Below, piece after piece: positions 1 to 11,637 of a DNA stretch of 64,000 bases. Each line of letters starts with the position of its first letter. The first letter of the stretch is position 1. The translations under genes and the position numbers were made by a program. The notes under the pieces are model-generated. The model did no database searches and had not been told where the DNA came from. It saw nothing but the letters and a program-made list of their open reading frames with translations. This DNA is from Ramazzottius varieornatus (taxonomy: Eukaryota; Animalia; Tardigrada), in assembly GCA_001949185.1 (NCBI GenBank), contig BDGG01000002.1, forward strand, positions 837,481 through 901,480. Reading direction: 5' to 3'.

Positions 1-372
1 TAGTAATAGTGAAAAATTCATCATTGTCGGGAATCAATTGCGGTCGGTGCATTTTCCCGCACCAAGCCTGCCAATTATCCCGCCACAGTAAGCGGCCCGC
101 GGTGTTCGCGCTTTTTCAATCAATATCATTCGGTACACTGGGTTGGCTTTATGTGCAAGAGGTCATCCGTAGTCAATTGCAGTGCCAGGTATTACATAGT
201 CGTTGTACGCTAGGTGAAACTCTGTAGCGTGTGTGGAGTGAATACTTAAGGAGGAACTCTCGCCGGTCTGGTCATTGATTTCACTGCCAATCTGTTTGAG
301 TCCTTCGTGGTCCTTTCGGCCCTCATAGGTTCTTCTGACAGGAGCTACCGAGTGAGGGTTTCCAAGTCGAAA

Positions 373-3300
373 ATGTACGGTATCCTGCTGGAAAGCATCG
401 TTGCTTTCATCCGGAAGTCTTACTCCGAAGAAAAGTGGCACTTGATTCGGGAGAGCGCACGAATCGACCATGACACGTTCAGCGCACACCAGGTCTACGC
501 CGAAACGCTGATTCCACGCATCGTGGACGCCTGTCACCTGCATTTGGGTCTGTCGAAAGATGACATCCTCCTGGAGTTCGGCCAAGCCTTTGTCGACTAC
601 GTGTCCCACTATGGTTACGACAAAATCCTCAGAGTGGTTGGTCGCAACTTTCGGGACTTCTTAAACGGTTTGTCAAGCTGACCTTTCTCAACGGCTCTTT
701 GGATTGTGACACTACCAGGGTTCTGCAGGGTTGGACAATATTCACGAGTACCTTCGCTTCTCCTATCCCAAGCTGAAACCGCCCTCCTTCTATTGCGACC
801 AAGAAAGCCGAACTGGCTTGATTCTCCATTACCGAAGTCGGCGTCGGTATGCTGGATACACTGGCTACGTTCTAGGACAACTCAAAGCGGTGGGACGATC
901 TTTCTACAAACAGGAAATCAGCGTCAGCATCCTGAAGCAGGAAACCATCAGTAATATGGTCCACGTCACTTTTCAGCTGAACTTCGACAACTCAGGTACA
1001 GTACCTTTGGCCCAAAGCCAAGCTCGGCGCTTGTCGTTACGTTTTTCTTCCTCTATACCGTATTTGCTACATGTAGTTTCAACTTTAGCAGATAGAGTTT
1101 TCGTGATTCTAAAGCAAAGAATGGAGGCTGTGTTTTTTTCTCGTTAGCTTATGCTGACAAGACGATCGAGGCGAGTAACGAGAACATGGCCAACCTACCA
1201 TTACGAATGGATGTTTTTTACGACCTCTTCCCATTCCACATTCTCTTCGATCGGGACATGATTATTCGAAGGACGGGTAAGAGCCTGCGGGCCATTCTGG
1301 ACGAAATTAGCGGCCACGACGTGACGCAGGTCTTTTCACTAAAAAAGCCGCTGGTGGATTTCTCCTGGGACTCGGTAATGACAATCCAGTTTGACGAGCA
1401 CCTTTATGCCACTTCATCTTCCATCTAAAGGAGAGAGTTCATCAGGCGCGTCCCATGGGTGAATTTTTTACGACAAACACTCACCTAATAAAAAAGTACT
1501 GGAACTATGAACCTGATGTCATGACTCGAGCCGTCGGCTCGGGTCGGTACTAACGGTTGGTTAGAACCGCCGAAGCTTTCACTTAAAACAGCAGGGAGCA
1601 AACCATGCGCGGACAGACTGACGCCGGACAATTAGTTCGAAGAATTTGCAAACTTTTCACCATATTTGGTTGACGGAAACCCTTCGATTTCAGACATTTG
1701 TCAACCAAGCATGGTGAAAAGTGCTTATATGTTCTTAACTAATGGTCTGGTGTCAACCGGTCTGCGCATGGTTTGCTCCCTGCTGTTTTTGAGTGAAGTA
1801 CCTGCAGGTACCGCCGCCAGCCGTTGGCACGACTCGAGTCGTAACGTCAGGTCCAGAATTCCAATACTTTTTTATTAGGCAAATTTTGTCGTATGGGACG
1901 CGCCTGGACTTTATTTGCCTTTCATAGGTCGACAATTCTTTTCATTAGGGACGATGGATACGTGTAATGAGGTTATTATTTCCGACAGATCATGAGCCGC
2001 ACCAACACGATGTTCGAGCTGTCAACCATCGATCCCATTCGAGGAAAGGAACAGGATGACGAAGAAACGTACATCTGGATCGATAGCGGCGGTAAACTTT
2101 TGGGCTCTTCTCGGCTTTTAGATATCAATTAAGATACGAATGTAAACCAATTATAAAGAATCATAGAAAACCATCTTCGTTCTGTCAAGAAGAGCTTTTT
2201 TGTGTCCGAAGGCAGTTTTGGAACACAGATTGATAGTTGTTCAATCTCAAAAACGCTATGAGTTCGCCATGACCGAAAATTCAGAAAAATTCAGGCATAA
2301 TTCCTGCGGTGCTTTCCAGCTAAAGTTGAGGTGAAAAGCATGATTTTCGGCAGAATGTTTATTTGACCGAACCCACGAACTGCGCAGAACAGCAAAAACT
2401 GTTTGATAGTTCAGAAGCGTTTAGAATGGAGCAAAGAAACAAACTAGATCAAAAGAAGTCATGTACCGGAGCTCGCACAGGCTGTCGCTGGACTGCGACA
2501 CCACAGTCAAGACAAAAGGGAAAACTGCAGAAAGATGGAAATCGAGACATTTCCTCTCCCTTCAGCATTCATTGAGATATTAACACGGATTGGCTTACAG
2601 ATCCTTTTATTGCGCTACTGTACCGTCACTCACTACCCTCGTGAACTTGCGCACCGAGAAGGCGTGATCAGTATCCAAAACATTCACCCATTAACCTGCG
2701 TAGGTCCCCCCGATTTAATTTGACATTGCTTTGAAAGGACGGTTTTAATTACGGAAAGGGTTGCGAGGATTAGAAGTATTAAATGATCTCTCCCTTTCGA
2801 GCTTAATGAAGCGGAATATCCAGGTTCCGTCCGGAAGAGGCTGTCTTAACGTCAGAAGAAACGACAGTACAGACTGTCCGGCGTCAACAGCCGTCCTGTG
2901 GTAAACCGTAACTGGCGATCGCACAAGAAGACACGTAAACCTGTTCCGTTCTCAGTGATAACAAAACATTCCAGAAGGCAATGACTCAAATTAGAACAGA
3001 ATCGAGGCACTGTTGTACTGGAAAGAGTCTAGTAGGAAAATTTGAAATTTTCGAAAAGCGGTAATTGTCTACCAGAAACCAATCAAGGTCTTCATGTTGG
3101 TACTCAATCAGCCGAAGACAGTGTGCCAACCTGATCTACTCGACTCGAACGATGAGTGCAAGCGTGGCTCAGTTCTGAGTTCAGCGCGTGTGTCACGAGG
3201 TTTAACTGGCCAATACGGCAAACGACGTGACTTCGTCTTGCGCAAATCCCATCTGTATCGCTATTCAACCAAGCTGTGGTCCTGCTTGCTGACGCATCCT

Positions 3301-6086
3301 GTGACACGCTATCCGTTTCAGAGGAGGGTAACAACGTCAACTTTGGGAACTGCACATGACAATGCCGTTTAATTACAAGTAGTCAATCAACAAAAGCACA
3401 AGCGCGTACTGTCAAATTAGAAGCGTAAATCATGAATTTATCCCAAGTGTTCAGGAATCGACTTTTTTGTTTTCGCCCATATGTTTTAACATGGGAGACC
3501 CATAACTTTATAACTTTTTTGCCGAATTTCCTGTGTGCGTCTTTTGCGGCATTCCACGTTCCGATGCAGCTTTCTATCCTCTACAAGATAGGCTAGGGAA
3601 AGCACTTTCCGGAGTTCTCGAATGATTTACACTTCTAAATTGACAGTGCCCATTTAAACTCAGCAACAATGCCAACGCTGCAAAGGACCGGGAGACGGCT
3701 TAGTACGCAAACTTAGAAGCGCATGATAACACATAGTCGGCAGTTCCTTGCTCTAGATACGTGAGGTATTTACCTTGCGCTGCTGTCTCCGATCTCGGGC
3801 AAAGGGAGACGGAAAGCGACATGATCAAACAGGATCGCCGTACTGTAGCTAGACGCGATTGACTCGATCCCTTTTCGTGGGAGTCTGTAAGGCAGTGACG
3901 GTCAGAGGGTCTTGTCTCGTCACGCAGCGTGGAAGCCTTGTCACAAAGCATAGTTCTGGAAGCCGATCAAAGAATGGGATCGGTTTCCCCGAAAAAAATG
4001 ACAAAGAAGTAAATCAAAATGGGCTCCCGCCCGAAACAGCAAAGCTGACTGCTGAATCAAGCCGAGCTCGGTTGATTCAAAGGAGGAAATATCCAGTTGT
4101 ATGACTGAGTTTCTGCCTCTCTCCGTTTTTGGGCTGAACTTTCTCAGAGCGTACGACCGAGCTGTCTGGAAAACTCGGTCACAAAACGAAACACTCCTCC
4201 CGATTACAGTAGCTATTTAGTCGCTCTGTTTTAATACAACCATGGGCGACTGAGTCGTGCAATTTCGGCCGGGTTTTCACTTCTTAATTCTGACCGGAAA
4301 AACCAAAATCACAGAAGTGCTTTCTCTTCGTAGGCAAAAAACGTTCCTCCTCGGTGGTCACACAAGACGAGGACAACGGGACGTTCCTTCGCCTGAAAGG
4401 CCAGATGCTCTTCGTGAAGGAGTGGGAGTCCATGCTCTTTTTGGGCACTGCCATGTGCGTGTCAAATTTCAAATGAAGAACTAAGTTCCAACCAGCTGCT
4501 GACCAGAAGGCCAAGCTTCAAGTGTGAATAAAAAGCGACTTTGACGAAATCAATTTTTCTTGTGTTCTGTAGCCTACAAGATCTGGACGTCCTGTCCTCC
4601 ACAGGTCTGTATCTTAATGATCTGAGTATGCACGACAGCAGCCGCGACTTGGTGCTGGCCGGTGCGCAGCAGGGAGTTGAGATGAAACTCATTATGAAGC
4701 AGGTAAGGTTCTGTAAAAGGGAACTGGGGAATTTGCCTGGACAAGTAACGCGGAAAAGTGATCGACAGGTTATTTATTGTAGGAAACTATGCGGACAAAA
4801 CAGTTGGAGGACGCCGTGCATCGTCTGGAGAAGGAGAAGTCCCGTAGACAGGCCCTGATGTACAAGCTGCTACCCAAGACTCTAGCTACCGAAGCCTTCA
4901 ATCGTTTGGAAGCCAACGAGACCCAACTTGGCCAGACCGAGCAAACCTTAGAGACCGCACCAAACGCTACTCTGATGCTGTGCTTCTGGGACATCGACAG
5001 TGAAAATCCAGAGACATCTCGTCAGGTGGTGGCTATCCACAAACATCTCGACTTGTTCGCCGAGCGTTTCGGCTATTTCAAAATCGAGACGACGCAAGCC
5101 ACCTTCATGGCTGTGAGCGGCATCCCAACCGGCACCGAAAACACGGAAGAGAATGCGTGCGTTTTGGCCAAGAAAATCGTGTGCTTCGCATCCAACTCTG
5201 CGGTTTCCATTCCCATCTACATTGGTAAAATATCGAGCAGATAAAAGGAATGTCACAAAGTATAATTATGGAAAGAAAAACAAGAAGGCAAAATTACAGC
5301 GAAATATAGGAGTCTGGTAAACAATCTCGGGATAATCATTGCCTCGAGTGGCACACGCTCGCAGTCAGTGGTCCTGCATACGTCTCCGTCATCTGAAAGA
5401 ACAATCAAACCCACTTGAGGCCGGTAGTGGCGCACAGTGGCAGTGTTACTGGATGCTGGTTTGCGCCACTCGAGAAAACTATCACCCCCCCCCCCCCCCC
5501 AAANNNNNNNNNNNNNNNNNNNNNNNNNNNNNNNNNNNNNNNNNNNNNNNNNNCCCCCCCCCCCCCCAGATTGTTTGGCGATCTCCAAATGATCAACAAA
5601 AAACTGCCCCTAACAGCTCATGAATCTTTCCTCTTTAGCTATCCATTCCGGACCAACGACGTACTCCGTCATTGGCAGTCGTTTTCCGCGTCTGTGCGTC
5701 TTCGGACAGACTGTGACGGACTTGAAGGCATTGGCCAAGCTGGCAAAGGTATCGATATCGTCGGTCCGCCAAGAACTCTATCTTAAGTGATCAACCCAAT
5801 TATTATTATGCTGTAGAGCGTCATGCCAGCTCCCGATGGAATGAATTCCCAGATGGTTCTGCTGTCCGAAGCCGTCAGATCTCGTCTACCGGAAAAGAGT
5901 GGCAACAATATGACGGCGGGCCCAAACATGATTACCACCGTGAGAACGACCCGACTAAACTAGCGCTTGCGGCAATAATTATGTTTTCCTTGGCGATCTT
6001 CGACACTAAGGCGCTATCAGTTTCTTTTTCAGAAAACTGCTATGAAAACCTACGCTCTACAGATGGAAACAACAAGAGATAGTTGA
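373..6086 (+). CDS. Atypical soluble guanylyl cyclase-like protein (Gyc88E-type H-NOX, PAS/HNOBA, coiled coil, degenerate cyclase domain)
   Basis: Phase-compatible GT-AG exons ~373-667, 729-995, 1148-1374, 1989-2091, 4334-4454, 4573-4702, 4783-5224, 5639-5748, 5817-5939, 6033-6086. Motifs: MYGILLE, FLNGLDNIHEYL (heme His), PPSF, HYRSRR (YxSxR), FPFHILF, LKGQM, LYLNDLSMHDSSRD, KIET, IHSGP, PRLCVFG, MKTY. Confidence 0.9.
1443..1906. mobile_element. Fold-back MITE (hAT-like) in sGC intron 3
   Basis: TIR CAGGCGCGTCCCAT/ATGGGACGCGCCTG, long internal inverted arms (AAAACAGCAGGGAGCAAACCATGCGC and its reverse complement), degenerate 8-bp TSD GAGTTCAT/GACTTTAT. Confidence 0.75.
5345..5475. repeat. 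Intronic GTGGCGCAC-N25-GTGCGCCAC palindrome, tandem pair (sGC intron)
   Basis: Left arms at 5348 (degenerate unit) and 5427. Confidence 0.7.
5485..5567. other. Assembly gap (50 N) flanked by poly-C tracts inside an sGC intron
   Basis: N run 5504-5553 with C homopolymers on both sides. Confidence 0.95.
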
Positions 6087-7251
6087 AAGAAATATACAGT
6101 AAGTTGACGCGCGAGATAACATATTGCACGTCCGATGAAGAAGCGCGCAGATATGATAACCCTGCCTGTTTTCACTGGGAAGATGTTCTTGCTTTTACGG
6201 TTATACCGATGTGCGCCATCTCACTTAACTTTAGTATGAATTTATTTTTCGTCAAATTCAGCGTTAACAAAGATTCCAAGTCCATTTGGTTGCAGTCGAT
6301 CCACATTTCGTTTTCGAATGCGTGAAAATTTTGCGCACAGCCGAGTTCTTCAGCGTACCACACCCGACGTCGCGCCGAAGACCGATCATGTGCTTGCATA
6401 TGGCGAACAAATAATTGGCTGCCAGCAACAAGTAATCACCGTCGGGTAAAGTTTGGTGGATCAAGCGGAAGAAGCGTCACCTTTTAGCTCTATAGAATCT
6501 GTTCCAGAACTAGAAATTACAGTTACGCATGGCCGTCAATGCAGGAGAAGACAAGAAGGCAAAGACAGCCTGTCGATTAAGAAACGTTTAGACTATGGGC
6601 CATATTAGCGACCGATCGACGTGTTGGCTGAGATTGAATAAATTGCAGATGTGCGCAAAAAACTGATATGGTTTGAAGCGTGAAAATATGGAGGAGTGAA
6701 CGCACGGATGCGACAAAGAGAGAGAAGAGATGGGCTAGCAAAGCGTGACCGTACTTGTTGGTATCCATCATCTACTGTACAATAGGCCATCCTACCGTAC
6801 CTCACGCACAGCGCCATGTCGGAAGTTGAATGATACTGCTGGCACGGAAGACGCTGTGATGCGGAAATTGTCAATCACGGTCCGAGGCGGCACAAATGCT
6901 AATTGACACAGAAAGCTTGACGAAACGTAGCATGCAGCGGCGACCTCCATGAGTAATTACCTAGCCATTGTTCTGCCCCACCATCAGCTCTTCTCGCTTG
7001 AGCATCGAAGAAGAAGAAGAAGAGGCCACGCTTTGGCCGCTGTGACGCTCGCGGCTGACCAGATGCCCTGACTATAAGAAGCGCGTTACAGCGACCCAAA
7101 GTGATACTTCAGTTGATCTTCTGTGCTTGTATGGTTTCTTGGTAGTTCGATCCATCCAACAAGCCATATTCAAAGGAGGAACTCGCCGTTCTTCCTTTCC
7201 TTTTCTTTGTTGCATTCTCCCCTCATCGGAGTACTCCGATCGAGAACCACA

Positions 7252-7967
7252 ATGCACAAACTCCTCGTTCTAGCCTGCCTTCTGGGCGTGGGTAAGCCAC
7301 CTAATTCTTTCGTATATCTTAAGGACCAACTGCTGAACATACGCCTGATTTCTGAATTATTTCCTTTCTTCTTCAGCTTACGCGCAGAGCAGCTACGACA
7401 GCAGTACCAGCAGCAGTTACAGCAGCAACAGCGACAGCTCGTACGGAAGTTCCAGCAACAACGCCAACTCTGGATCTAGCTACAGCAGCCCCACCGCCAA
7501 CTCTGGCTACGGAGGATCATCCGGTGGATCCAGTGGAGGATACGGTGGAAGCTCCGGCGGAGGCGGATATGGAGGAGGCGGTGGCGGTGGTGTCGGCGGT
7601 GGCATCGGCGGTGGCATCGGCGATCTTTTCAGCTTCCCCTTCGGTTACTCCAGCGGTTACGGATACGGTTACAGAAGGTACATCCCCGTCCCCTGGTGGA
7701 TCTGGTATCCCAGCAGCTTCGGCTACAACAAGGGCTTCGGATTCGGTGTCAACGGCGGCTTCGGGGGAGGCGGCCTCGGAGGCGGAGGATTCGGCGGTGG
7801 TGGACTCGGAGGTGGCGGTGGCGGCTATGGAGGTGGTGGCGGCGGATACGGAGGTACGAACTAATCGTAAATACCACTGATAACTTACCTTCCCCACTAA
7901 CTCAACCCTAACAACCATCTTCTCTCTTCCCGATAACTTAGGTGGTGGAGGATACGGTGGCCGATAA
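7252..7967 (+). CDS. Secreted Gly/Ser/Tyr-rich structural protein (cuticle- or eggshell-like); alternative last exon 8074-8087
   Basis: Exons 7252-7291 (signal peptide MHKLLVLACLLGV, continuing AYA), 7377-7853 (Ser-rich, GGY/GGF/GGL repeats, YRRYIPVPWWIWYP core), 7942-7967 (GGGGYGGR*). The main frame is absent from the ORF track. Confidence 0.85.
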
Positions 7968-9063
7968 GACAAAAGTAACTTATCTCACTGACACTTAGGC
8001 AACACGCTTAGGCTATTTGTCGGTCAAGAAAGCATCTGTTTTTGTCTAACATGCTCCATTTTCTTTTCCACAGGTGGCGGATATTAAGAAGGCTAAGAGG
8101 TCATACTTGACTTACTGGCGGTTCTTCATCTCGGCTTTTTTGGATCCTCATCTGTCACTCATCATCGTCTTCTCGACTTCGCTTAACCCTTCGTCTTGGT
8201 CTCGCACCTGACTCGTTAACTCTTGACACGTCCCTTCAGGCACCATCGATCAACCATCCACCCACCTCATCGTTTTGTTTGTTCCGTCTGTTCTTCCGTT
8301 CAGTTCTTCCGTCCATGCTGTGGCTGGTCCACAGCGGAAACAAATCACTCGGCGCTGGTTGCCACACGTTTGAATCCTTGCTCATTTCTCCTCTTCCCCC
8401 TTCTTGCCCTCCATCCTTCCCTTCTAACCAACCCTCTCGCTGTACCCACTGTTCCTATGCGCCCCCACGCCAGTCTCCGTCTTCTCCAACCCAACTCATT
8501 CTTCTTCCTTTCTCACCTCGTCAAATTATACTTAGCGTTCATTATTTGTATTTTCCTTCATGTTTTGTTGTTTCTGTAACGATTCAGCGATCTCGATATT
8601 CGTACTTCATTTTGCTTCGAGTGACTAATAATTTTTGTAATGTGCAATTTTTTTCTTCTCTTCACTAACTCTTCTCTTGAAGCTTTTCCTACACACGAAA
8701 ACTAACTTCCTTTTCACAATCAAAATTCCAAGAAACAGTTCACTCGTAACTTCCGCCTTTTATTCAACCACGTTGCGTTTAAAATTTGTTAGAACGAGGA
8801 AATGAGGGTAAACAGATAGTGATATCACAAACCTGCTATAACTATGATGAAGCAATCATGGTTTCCCGCGCGTTTGTGAGATTTCACATAGGCAACGCCT
8901 AGCATATGCCGGCACAGATATACCGGTACGAATGCACGTATTTTTGGTACGAGGTAGCCGGCATGGAGATATCCAAGGAGCATTGTTCCGAATGGCTGAT
9001 TGTGTGATCATAGTGCGTTAAATAGGCTCTTTAACATTGCATCCGACAGACCTCCCTTCCGAG

Positions 9064-9273
9064 GCAGATATCTCATCGGTTTTGCTACCTCTGAGTTCTC
9101 GATTTGTTGTAGAAGAATAGAGACAAGTTTTTCTTGAATCAGGAACCGAGAAAAGGTTGTTCGAGACAGTAACTGCTGACAAGGGATTATCGGTTCCCTC
9201 TGACGAGATTCTTGTCTCTATTCTTCTACAACAAATCGAGAACTCAACATAACTAAACCGATGAGATATCTGC
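9064..9273. repeat. Inverted-repeat (MITE-like) element
   Basis: ~63-bp arms GCAGATATCTCATCGGTTT...GAGTTCTCGATTTGTTGTAGAAGAATAGAGACAAG (9064-9127) and reverse complement (9211-9273); additional partial inverted copy near 9335-9358. Confidence 0.75.
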
Positions 9274-9878
9274 TAGGACCTTTTGTTTAGCTCAATCTGT
9301 GGAGGAAACTGTCCTCTATCAGACTGCGCATCCTGAATCTTGTCAGAGGGAACCGATTGGCGTTGATCTCTTGTTAGATGCACACTGAAGAGGTGCATCA
9401 TTCTATCATTAAACACTGATCACTTCGAAGCCCTGTAGTTCATGCTCTGCCCGCGGACTGGGGGAATTCATGGAAATTAGCTTACTGATTTTCCTTTAGT
9501 TTTGCTTGACAGCTAGAGCAAGCTTATGAAAATACGGTAGACAGGAGAGCCAACTTTAGTTCTTTACAGTACGTGAACATATCCAAACATGCTTGTAGTA
9601 ACGCTATCTCCGACACGTAATTTCCCTTATTGCCGACACAGCGACGGAAGTTTTTATCGGTCTTGACGAATCTGTTTTCTCTCTCGAACAACCGAAAGCA
9701 TTCTAAACCCCAAAGTTACAATGTCACATGGAAACACTCAAAACGAGCAGCGATCACGCAACTAAATCTCAAACGTGATGTACAGCTACCGTTGTGTATC
9801 TCAAACATTGCGTAAAAGAAACTGAGGATGACTCGAGTGAGAACAAAACTTACGATGAAGCACTCATAAGAAGCTCCA

Positions 9879-10769
9879 TTATGCATGTCCTTTGGACTTA
9901 CTATCCGTAAAAAGACTCCTCAAAACCCATATCTGGCCTAAGCCGACTAACAACATAAAAATACTCTGACCAACCGACCAGTAGGTGACTTGTTCCAACA
10001 GATCCTCGGCGAACTTCCGGTCTTGTGCTTCTCGTAGACGACGGTGCGTCAACGAGTCTTCCACTTCCTTCAGGTTATTCTGAATCACCTCCGCCGACGT
10101 TTCCAGCTACAAAAAAGCACCCGTCAGCCTAAAGTGTCTTGACGGTATGTAATTAGCCTCACCTGAGTGAGGACGGTGGTCTTCTTGGCAGGATCTCTAA
10201 AGGGGTGATCGTCACCGACGAACCAGTCAACGAAGACTAGCTTGTGGCTGAAAGTGCTAAATTCATTCCCGAAACACACTTGGTAAGCTCCATCGACATC
10301 GGCCGTGTACTGGTGAGTGTCATACTCCTTCTTCACTCCTTTGTAAAGTTCTTTACCGTGGGGATCCAGTAAAGTGCAGTCAATATCGTAATGGCCGCCA
10401 GTCACAACCTGCAAGGAAGTAAAGTTGATCAATCATCATCGCAGTAAACCTACAAGCCAATCAATCAACCAGACGACATCAAAACCTGAGTTCGTGAAAC
10501 AGCTGGCAATACCACGTGGTTTACCAAATTTTACTTGATTGGGCCTCGTTTACCACAAGACTTTAAGCATTCCACGTCAATATCCTAGAAAAATAAATCA
10601 TCCTCGTGCTCATCACCTGAAACTCCAGAGTGCTCTGCTCTCCCTTCTTCATATCTTCAAAGAAGCACTGCGTATCTCTGTCCTGGAGCTCAAATGTGAG
10701 CTCAACAGCGGAAGAAAAATAAGGAAGGAAAAGAACGGCAATACCGAGCCACATGTCAACGACGTCCAT
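9879..10769 (-). CDS. TMED7: p24 family GOLD-domain cargo receptor (TMED7/TMED3, gamma subfamily)
   Basis: Exons ~10769-10617, 10408-10163, 10106-9879. Motifs VELTFEL...QCFFE, VVTGGHYDID, CFGNEFSTFSHK, RLREAQDRKFAEDL, C-terminal TM. Exact start Met uncertain (10754/10769/10778). Confidence 0.92.
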
Positions 10770-11637
10770 CGGCCTCATCGCGCACAATCCCGTCGAGAAA
10801 CGGATTCACAAAGACATGCACAACGAGCGACGAGCAAATCCTATCCAATTTAGTCCTGCGTCCAGTAGGAAGTATGGGTGAGGACAACGTCCATATAAGC
10901 CACAAATGAATTAACTTTTATCCCGAAACTGGAAGAGATCTGGTGAGACTGCTCTTCGTCGTTTCAGAACACGATTTTGACCCTGATTGATGAATGGTGT
11001 ACAGAGCATATCCTGCCTGTTCGTCCAGCGTGACCAGCGTTCGACTAGCGATGTTCTAATATGGGATAATGACATCTAATATAACTAGCTAGTGGTTCTG
11101 ACCAGTGTTATTCTACTAATGGAAATAGATAATTGAAAATAGCCGAAAACTGCGACTTTTGAATTTTACTAGAATAATTAAATTATGAAATCGAGACGAC
11201 GAATTTTACTATATAGTAAAATTACAGTAAAATTAGACCCACAAGTCAATAGTAAAATAGATAATTAAAATCCGCACTTGCAGCCATTAAAATAATTGAA
11301 ATTTGGAAGAGCTGGGCTTCGAATTTTAATTATGGCAAGATGCCTAGCAAATCCACAGTGAATTATATTACGAAAATCCCTTGGTAAATATTATCCCGGA
11401 CGAGAGCTGGTTAATCAGTAAAAGAGATGGATACGGAGCGCTGATTCTAAATTTCAGCTTCAGTTAAATTGACGTACTCGATTACGCAATCTCATACCGT
11501 GAATTTGGTGCATTGATTATTCGACTTGATTTAAATATAGTGATATCTGTTAGACTCGCAGTTTGCTCTTCTTTTCCTACCGTTCGTACTTCGATTGGTA
11601 TTCTTGGTTCTCGGCCATATAATTTTAGCATCAGCCA

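Noticed and set aside
2092-4333. Short ORFs in the large sGC intron as extra exons or a nested gene
   Set aside because: Flanking exons join in phase without them and none shows a recognisable motif.
6083-7100. Short ORFs between sGC and the Gly-rich gene
   Set aside because: No domain similarity or consistent splice chain.
7517-7972. Ala/Ser/Val-rich ORFs 7524-7880 (+) and 7517-7972 (-)
   Set aside because: Shadow frames of the Gly-rich exon; only the spliced Gly frame links to the signal peptide.
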